Positions 58,357-64,000 of a DNA stretch of 64,000 bases are shown piece by piece (position 1 is the stretch's first letter; each line of letters begins with the position of its first letter). The stretch comes from an uncultured Verrucomicrobiae bacterium (GTDB taxonomy: Bacteria > Verrucomicrobiota > Verrucomicrobiia > Chthoniobacterales > JAFAMB01). Location of the stretch: assembly GCA_963762565.1 (NCBI GenBank), contig CAVXLD010000003.1:64001-128000 (forward strand), in the 5' to 3' direction. A program made the position numbers and the translations under genes. Under the pieces are notes generated by a model. That model worked only from the letters and a program-made list of their open reading frames with translations. It was not told the origin of the DNA and ran no database searches.

Positions 58357-58994
58357 GTTCGAATCGTTCAACAATTCTCACTCGCGACCGCATTGTGGCC
58401 ACCGCCGAGGATGTGTTGCGGCGGTTCGGCCCGGAAAAAGCCACGGTGGTCGATGTGGCGCGGGCGCTTGGCGTGAGCCACGCCGCTGTTTACCGGCACG
58501 TAAAGACCAAAGCGGAACTTCGGGATCTGGTCGTTCAGCGTTGGGTAGACGAGACGATGCCTCCGCTCCGGGCGGTCGTAGCCCGGCCGGGTCCGGCGCC
58601 GAAGCGTCTTCGCCAACTCTTCGATACCTTGATTAGCATCAAACGAAGGCGGGCAGCAGCTGATCCCCAGCTCTTCAGCGCTTACCGATTGCTCTCGGCC
58701 GGAGCTCAATCCATCGTCGCCGCTCACGTGGACGAACTAGTCCAGTTGGGGGCGGCGATCATTAACTCCGGAGTTGAAGAAGGTACCTTTCGCCAGGTCG
58801 ATCCGGTGGCAGCGAGTCAGGCGATCCTGTTTGCAACGTTTCCGTTCCATCACCCAGCCCACGCCATGGAGTGGACTAATCCAAAGCTCGACAGTGTGTA
58901 TGAAGATATCTGGCGTTTACTCATGGAAGGGTTGAGCCTGGAAAAGAACCTTCGGGTAGCAAAGAGAAAAATTAGCTCTAACCGATTTCAGTAA
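58353..58994 (+). CDS. TetR family regulator
   Basis: EDVLRRFGPEKATVVDVARALGVSHAAVYRH; 4-nt overlap with the AKR gene. Confidence 0.9.
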   Translation: MSSNRSTILTRDRIVATAEDVLRRFGPEKATVVDVARALGVSHAAVYRHVKTKAELRDLVVQRWVDETMPPLRAVVARPGPAPKRLRQLFDTLISIKRRRAAADPQLFSAYRLLSAGAQSIVAAHVDELVQLGAAIINSGVEEGTFRQVDPVAASQAILFATFPFHHPAHAMEWTNPKLDSVYEDIWRLLMEGLSLEKNLRVAKRKISSNRFQ

Positions 58995-60346
58995 AGATCG
59001 CCTCCGGTATGCGATGAGGCGTTGTAGAATGTTTTCACCGCATCGTAACCCTTAAACAGCTTTCGGGTGATGTTCGGATTGCTGCCGCCGTAGAGGGATT
59101 GATCCACGCTACTAGTGACACCGAACCCGGCCTCATCATAATAGCTGCCGGCGAGAGAACCACCCATGAATTCACCATTCGGGCCACCTTGCTGAACACT
59201 GGGGTTGTTGGCTTTGTAATATTCATCCGACCATATAAAAACAAATCCGCCCACGCACACTTGGGCCGATTTCGCGCCGATATTGGCGGTAATTGCATTC
59301 CATACTGAGGTCAGGAAGTCCGCGACAGGTAGGGCATCGTAATAAGGATTGCCGGCGCCCATTTGGCTTTTCGGCACATCATCAAGATTTTTGATGGGCA
59401 ATACGCATTCTGTCCCGTAGTTGGGGGGAGCAGGCCTGGTGGTGTGAGGCGTGCCCCATTCGCCGATGATCAAGGGCTTTATCACACCTAATGAATTCAT
59501 TACCTGCGCGTACTGGATAAAAGGCGAGCCGCTGCCGGTCCCGCCAAAATATGGACCGCGATAGATGTTGATGGTCCATGCGTCAATATTCTTGAGTTTG
59601 CCCGACTGTTCGCCCTTTACGATGGCCGGCCAACTTGCTTCCGGCGTGAAGTTGTCGTTGGTCGCAGTCGTGAGGAACGGTTTCTTGCCCTGGCTGAGAC
59701 CAGCGGCGTTCGCTGCATCGATCAATTTTCCGAAATTGGTCCAAAACTGCGCGTTGCCGGTTACGCCATCGTAGATCTCATTGCCAATCATGTAACCAAC
59801 AACCGCCGGGTGCGTGACCGTGCTCTTTACGAGTTTTTCGTACGCCGTGATGTAACCGTCTAAACCCGATCCGCCGTCCCTGATCACGCCGCCCTGGGTG
59901 TAGGAAAACATCATCACATAAATGGGTTCGTTTCCGCCATGGTAGCAGTAGTCGAGAAATTGTTTCCAATTCCCGGCTGTGCCGGGGTTTCCCGCGTTAA
60001 GGTCAGGATTCCCGGCATACAACTTGATCATGTTGACGCCGGCCGCACGCATGTTATCGACGTCGGATTTCCAAACGTTCTTGTAATAGGGTATGAAATA
60101 ATCGCCGTAAGGCATAAACTTTGGCTCCGCGCCAGTCGGAACGGGCGCGTAGTTCATCCCTTTAATGGCAAAAAGCTTTCCGTCGATCTTCAGGACGAAT
60201 CCGGATGTCGTAACCGTGGTGTCGGTTTTTATGCTTTCTCCGTATGCGCTGATGACGAAGAAACCGAGCAGAATTGCAACACTCGCGCAGCAAGATGTCG
60301 TAATGGCGATCCACGTCCTCGAGGTCCCTCGAATTGGGTGACTCAT
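58988..60346 (-). CDS. Secreted clan GH-A glycoside hydrolase (GH2/GH5/GH72-like TIM barrel)
   Basis: FAIKGMNY, AGVNMIKLY, IGNE (acid/base), IIGEWG (nucleophile) and GGFVFIWSDE. Confidence 0.75.
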   Translation of the reverse strand: MSHPIRGTSRTWIAITTSCCASVAILLGFFVISAYGESIKTDTTVTTSGFVLKIDGKLFAIKGMNYAPVPTGAEPKFMPYGDYFIPYYKNVWKSDVDNMRAAGVNMIKLYAGNPDLNAGNPGTAGNWKQFLDYCYHGGNEPIYVMMFSYTQGGVIRDGGSGLDGYITAYEKLVKSTVTHPAVVGYMIGNEIYDGVTGNAQFWTNFGKLIDAANAAGLSQGKKPFLTTATNDNFTPEASWPAIVKGEQSGKLKNIDAWTINIYRGPYFGGTGSGSPFIQYAQVMNSLGVIKPLIIGEWGTPHTTRPAPPNYGTECVLPIKNLDDVPKSQMGAGNPYYDALPVADFLTSVWNAITANIGAKSAQVCVGGFVFIWSDEYYKANNPSVQQGGPNGEFMGGSLAGSYYDEAGFGVTSSVDQSLYGGSNPNITRKLFKGYDAVKTFYNASSHTGGDLY

Positions 60347-60740
60347 AAATAATGCGGGTTAGGGGGGGTGGTTAACTGCGGGGCCGCCGTTTTACGTGGG
60401 GGCGGAATCGCTGTCAAGCATATATATTGCAAACATGGAATTTATAGGCGTTCGATTGCTTTTTTCAGGGAAGCAACATCCTTGGCGCGAGGCGTTAATG
60501 AAAATTGCCAGGCAGGAAAACGCGGCGCTATTGGTTTGCGTTCAATCAACGCTGTACGGCAAAGACATATCAACCATTGCTCCAAACGGCGAGTCTGCTT
60601 TGTTAACTAACGGCGGTACAGTTGCGAATGGTGAGACGTTAACGATTATTCAGATCCGGGAGTAGCCTCGGTTAGCGAAAGGGCAAAGAAAAAAGGATTC
60701 ACAGAAGATCGCTAAGAACACAAAGGAAAACTGATCGCGA

Positions 60741-61232
60741 ATGACGAAGTTCTGGCTGCTCAGCTTGGTGTTGGCTTACGGTTTGGCCCACTCGGTCTAC
60801 AGCGAATCGGTCCCTGCGGATTTACATCCGGACCCGAAGCTCAGTCCGCGTGATGTGGTTGAGTTCCAATTGGCGGCGCTGCGCGCGAACGACGTTCCCA
60901 CCGCTGACGCTGGAATTGAAAAGACGTTCCGGTTTGCCTCTCCTGAGAACAAAGCAGCGGTCGGGCCTCTTGAGCATTTCACCGGCATTGTACATGGGCC
61001 ACAGTATTCTTCGCTTATAAATGCCCCCGAAAGCTCGGTACTCAAAGTGGCTATCCAAGACACTAGGGCCCGTGTACTCGTGCGGGTTATGAGTGCGGGC
61101 GGATCCAAGGTATACTATGTCTTTATCCTCTCGAAGCAGACAAAAGGCGACTACATCAACTGCTGGATGACAGACGGAGTCTTGCCACTAGATGAAACCG
61201 AGAAAAGCGACGAACCGGGAACAGCAATTTAA
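60741..61232 (+). CDS. Secreted DUF4864-like protein
   Basis: LSPRDVVEFQLAAL, FRFASPEN and CWMTDGV. Confidence 0.7.
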   Translation: MTKFWLLSLVLAYGLAHSVYSESVPADLHPDPKLSPRDVVEFQLAALRANDVPTADAGIEKTFRFASPENKAAVGPLEHFTGIVHGPQYSSLINAPESSVLKVAIQDTRARVLVRVMSAGGSKVYYVFILSKQTKGDYINCWMTDGVLPLDETEKSDEPGTAI

Positions 61233-61720
61233 TCGGATTCGTACGCCAGCTCGACTGCTACCGTCACTGATTTTAACTTGTTTGCGTCCTCGGTCGGCAA
61301 AGTGAGCTCATGCCACGCATCGATCGGGGAATTGGGCGGAATCATGTTAAATGATCCTTCTTCGTCCGGGCAACATATCCACCGGGTCTCGGTTTTGATG
61401 GGTTTACGGTTCTGGTCAAAATAGGTGAACTGAAGCTTGAATGCCCGGATCCAAACTTCAGTACTGGCCGTCCAGTGCATCCGGATCAATTGATGGTCGT
61501 CTCTGGTATCGTTGGTCACTTCAGTGACCCTCGCATGAACCTGATTTGCTACGTTGTAATAGTTGGCTTGGTCGCTATCTAGTTCAGCTGCAACCTCGTC
61601 GGTAGCTTCTTGTATCCGTCCTGCGTCTTCGTCAGTGCTATTCTTGGGGACGACAGTGACAGCGGATAAGAGAGGGACAATCGCGGTGGCGCTCAGCAAC
61701 GCGATCAGGACGTTTCTCAT
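61229..61720 (-). CDS. Secreted hypothetical protein
   Basis: Signal peptide; 163 aa. Confidence 0.6.
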   Translation of the reverse strand: MRNVLIALLSATAIVPLLSAVTVVPKNSTDEDAGRIQEATDEVAAELDSDQANYYNVANQVHARVTEVTNDTRDDHQLIRMHWTASTEVWIRAFKLQFTYFDQNRKPIKTETRWICCPDEEGSFNMIPPNSPIDAWHELTLPTEDANKLKSVTVAVELAYESD

Positions 61721-61727
61721 AGAAGAA

Positions 61728-62195
61728 AAATCTCACGCAAAGACGCAAAGACGCAAAGGTAAGACGGGGGAAAAGTGATTGGTGATGGGAGAGCGTAGAC
61801 CATTTCAAAACTAACGCCTAGTGTCCTGTCCCATAAGTAACATGGCTTTCGCCGTCGGTCAGTTGGCTGTTTTTCAAGGCGCGAGCGAAGTGCCCATATC
61901 TGGTTCATACGGGTCGAGCGAGCAACGCGGAAAAACAGCCAACTGGCCACGGCCCGGAGGGTTGCGATGAAAATGGGCCGGCGGCTGCGTTGCTCGTCGG
62001 TTACGTATCGATCTAGATATGCGCCCTCCTCGCGCCTTGCCGGCGGCCCATTTTGATCGCAACGAAAGCCACGTTATTTATGGGACAGGACACTAGCATC
62101 TCTCCAATGCGGCTCCTCTCCTGCCCGGCTCCGCGACTACCGATCACCTTTCACCTCTCTTAACCTTTGCGCCTTTGCGTCTTTGCGTGAGATTT
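61728..62195. repeat. Palindromic element with (ACGCAAAG)n arms hosting the MITE
   Basis: AAATCTCACGCAAAGACGCAAAG / CTTTGCGTCTTTGCGTGAGATTT. Confidence 0.8.
61821..62093 (-). mobile_element. Complete IS630-type MITE (273 bp), inverted relative to the 23778 copy
   Basis: cTA|GTGTCCTGTCCCATAA...TTATGGGACAGGACAC|TAg; the empty site would read CTAG. Confidence 0.88.
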
Positions 62196-62233
62196 CTCTG
62201 TGCCTTTTAGCAGCTAATCCGGTTTTCAAACTT

Positions 62234-63383
62234 ATGGGCATCGAACCCTTCACTATCCCTTTCTCGCAACCGGCAGTGGACGATCTCCGTGATCGATTAC
62301 GGCGAACACGTTGGCCGGATGAAATCCCAGGAGCCAATTGGGAGTATGGGGTGAACTTAAGCTTTCTGCGGCAGATCTGCGAATACTGGCGAGACCGTTT
62401 CGATTGGAAGGCTCAGGTCGAAAGATTCTCAGCGTTTCATCATTATCGGTACTCGTCAGAAGATCTTGGGATCCACTTCATTTATGAACGGGGTAAAGGC
62501 CCCGCGCCGATCCCGTTGATCCTGACCCATGGGTGGCCTGGATCATTTGTTGAGATGATGCGCATCATTCCATTGTTGACAGACCCGGCCAGCTACGGCG
62601 GGAGGTCGTCAGATGCGTTTGACGTGGTGATTCCGTCGCTACCCGGCTACGGGTTTTCCGACCGGCCAGCTGTTACCGGTGTGAATGTGTTTCGCGTTGC
62701 TGAGTTGTGGACGGGTCTTATGAACGAACTCGGGTATAAGCGTTTTGCCGCCCAGGGAGGGGACCTGGGTGCTGGGGTGAGCACGGCCCTGGGACTGCGT
62801 CACCCTGATCGCGATCATGGCTCTTCATCTGAACTACATTCCCGGTTCTTACCGGCCGTTTCTGGAGCCGAGCGCAAAACTCACTTCAGCAGAAGAAGAG
62901 TTCTTTAAAGTGCTAGGCCACTGGGCGGATGAACGGGGCGCTTACTCCCATGTTCAGCGAACACGACCGCAAACGGCCGCTTACGGGCTGAACGATTCCC
63001 CGGCCGGGTTGGCCGCCTGGATTCTGGAAAAGTTCCGTGAGTGGTCCGATTGCGACGGTGACGTTTACCGCAGATTTACACCGGACGAACTCTTAGCGAA
63101 TATAACACTCTATTGGATGACGCAGACGATTCACTCCTCGTTCCGCCTGTATTTTGAGGGCAGAAAAGCTCCGCTCCAGTTCGGTAAAGGGGAATTCATC
63201 CATGCGCCCACAGCTGTCGCCCATTTTCCCAAAGAACTGCCTTTCCCTCCTCGGGGCTGGATCGAGCGTGGGTACAACGTGCAGCATTGGACCGAGATGC
63301 CTTGCGGAGGCCATTTCGCGGCCGCAGAAGAGCCGGAGCTTCTGGCCGAAGATCTTCGGGCATCCTTTCGCCGGTTTCGGTGA
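62234..63383 (+). pseudogene. Microsomal-type epoxide hydrolase split by a +1 frameshift
   Basis: HGWPGS and QGGDLG in frame 1; LNDSPAG and GGHFAAAE in frame 2; extra base in CGCGATCATG near 62812. Confidence 0.85.
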
Positions 63384-63384
63384 A

Positions 63385-63436
63385 GGCGGCCCATTTTGAT
63401 CGCAACGAAAGCCACGTTATTTATGGGACAGGACAC
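63385..63436 (+). mobile_element. MITE terminal fragment
   Basis: Same sequence as 62042-62093, followed by TA. Confidence 0.8.
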
Positions 63437-63444
63437 TAATGTTC

Positions 63445-64000
63445 TTAAGCGTCCTTGTGCCAGATTTGGCGGGCAGAGGTTTGGTCTGGTTCTGCGCCGA
63501 GCTTTAGGCTGTAAGCAACCTCTATGGTGTTGCCGTCATCTGTCAGCGCCCTTTTGATAATCAGTTGGCCGTCTTTACCCTGTTTGGTTCTGATCTGATG
63601 AGTCTCGACGAGTTGTCTTTTGTCCTTGGACCAAGTCGTTTTAGCGTTGACGGAAGTCGCTCCCAAGAGTTGTAGGGCGCTTGTGTCACTGCGTCCGTCG
63701 AGGTAAAGGGTCTGATTAAAAGCGAAGGCAGGTCCGCGGGCTTCTATCGTCAGCACGTCGTCACTTTGACGCAAGATGGCCTTAAGCTTGGTCCAGGCGG
63801 CGTATTTTCGGTCGATGAAACTGGCTCCGAGGTGGCTCATCAGCGTGTCGAGTGAACTTGACGCTCTCAAGTCCAGGGTCCAGTTGCCGCTGAAATTGGG
63901 TTTGTCCGATTCAGCCGGCTTGGGTGCAGCGGAAGTGTGTAGTGGGCCGAAAACAACGAGCCAGGCGATAGCGGACAGCGAGCTGAGCAGGAGGTACCTC
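63445..64000 (-). CDS. Secreted lipocalin-like hypothetical protein, 5'-truncated by window edge
   Basis: Frame open to the edge: hydrophobic signal, then KPNFSGNWTLD (GxW motif). Confidence 0.6.
   Translation of the reverse strand, partial: RYLLLSSLSAIAWLVVFGPLHTSAAPKPAESDKPNFSGNWTLDLRASSSLDTLMSHLGASFIDRKYAAWTKLKAILRQSDDVLTIEARGPAFAFNQTLYLDGRSDTSALQLLGATSVNAKTTWSKDKRQLVETHQIRTKQGKDGQLIIKRALTDDGNTIEVAYSLKLGAEPDQTSARQIWHKDA

Overview
Accessory-rich 64 kb bacterial window. Gene content and repeat style suggest a soil Verrucomicrobia/Chthoniobacterales-like organism, but this is inference only. It holds about 50 stand-alone or small-operon genes: oxidoreductases, SDRs, TetR/LysR/MarR/Rrf2 regulators, an EmrAB-type pump, desaturases, glycoside hydrolases and a YcaC/amidohydrolase/porin cluster. 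There is also a block of orphan ORFs with a PIN protein (about 11.8-17.6 kb), about a dozen gene stubs or pseudogenes, and very dense, nested intergenic palindromic repeats. The strongest signal is an intact IS110-family element (20808-22408) inserted at a CT core inside a palindromic REP-like element. Its 300-nt upstream non-coding end folds into stem-loops whose internal loops carry guides matching the actual insertion target (ACCGTCCC / CCCGTAG) and the element's own end (CTATAAG). Circularisation would create a TTGCAG-N17-TATAGG promoter. This is a readable RNA-guided (bridge/seek RNA-type) recombinase with its own specificity. Other notable items are a small hairpin element with variable cargo that appears in several host repeats, an IS630-type MITE family, a Tat-signal-bearing pyruvate-oxidase-like enzyme and a duplicated MarR operator plus leader stub. 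No tRNA, rRNA or CRISPR array was seen. All annotations come from motif recognition by eye; no database search was run.
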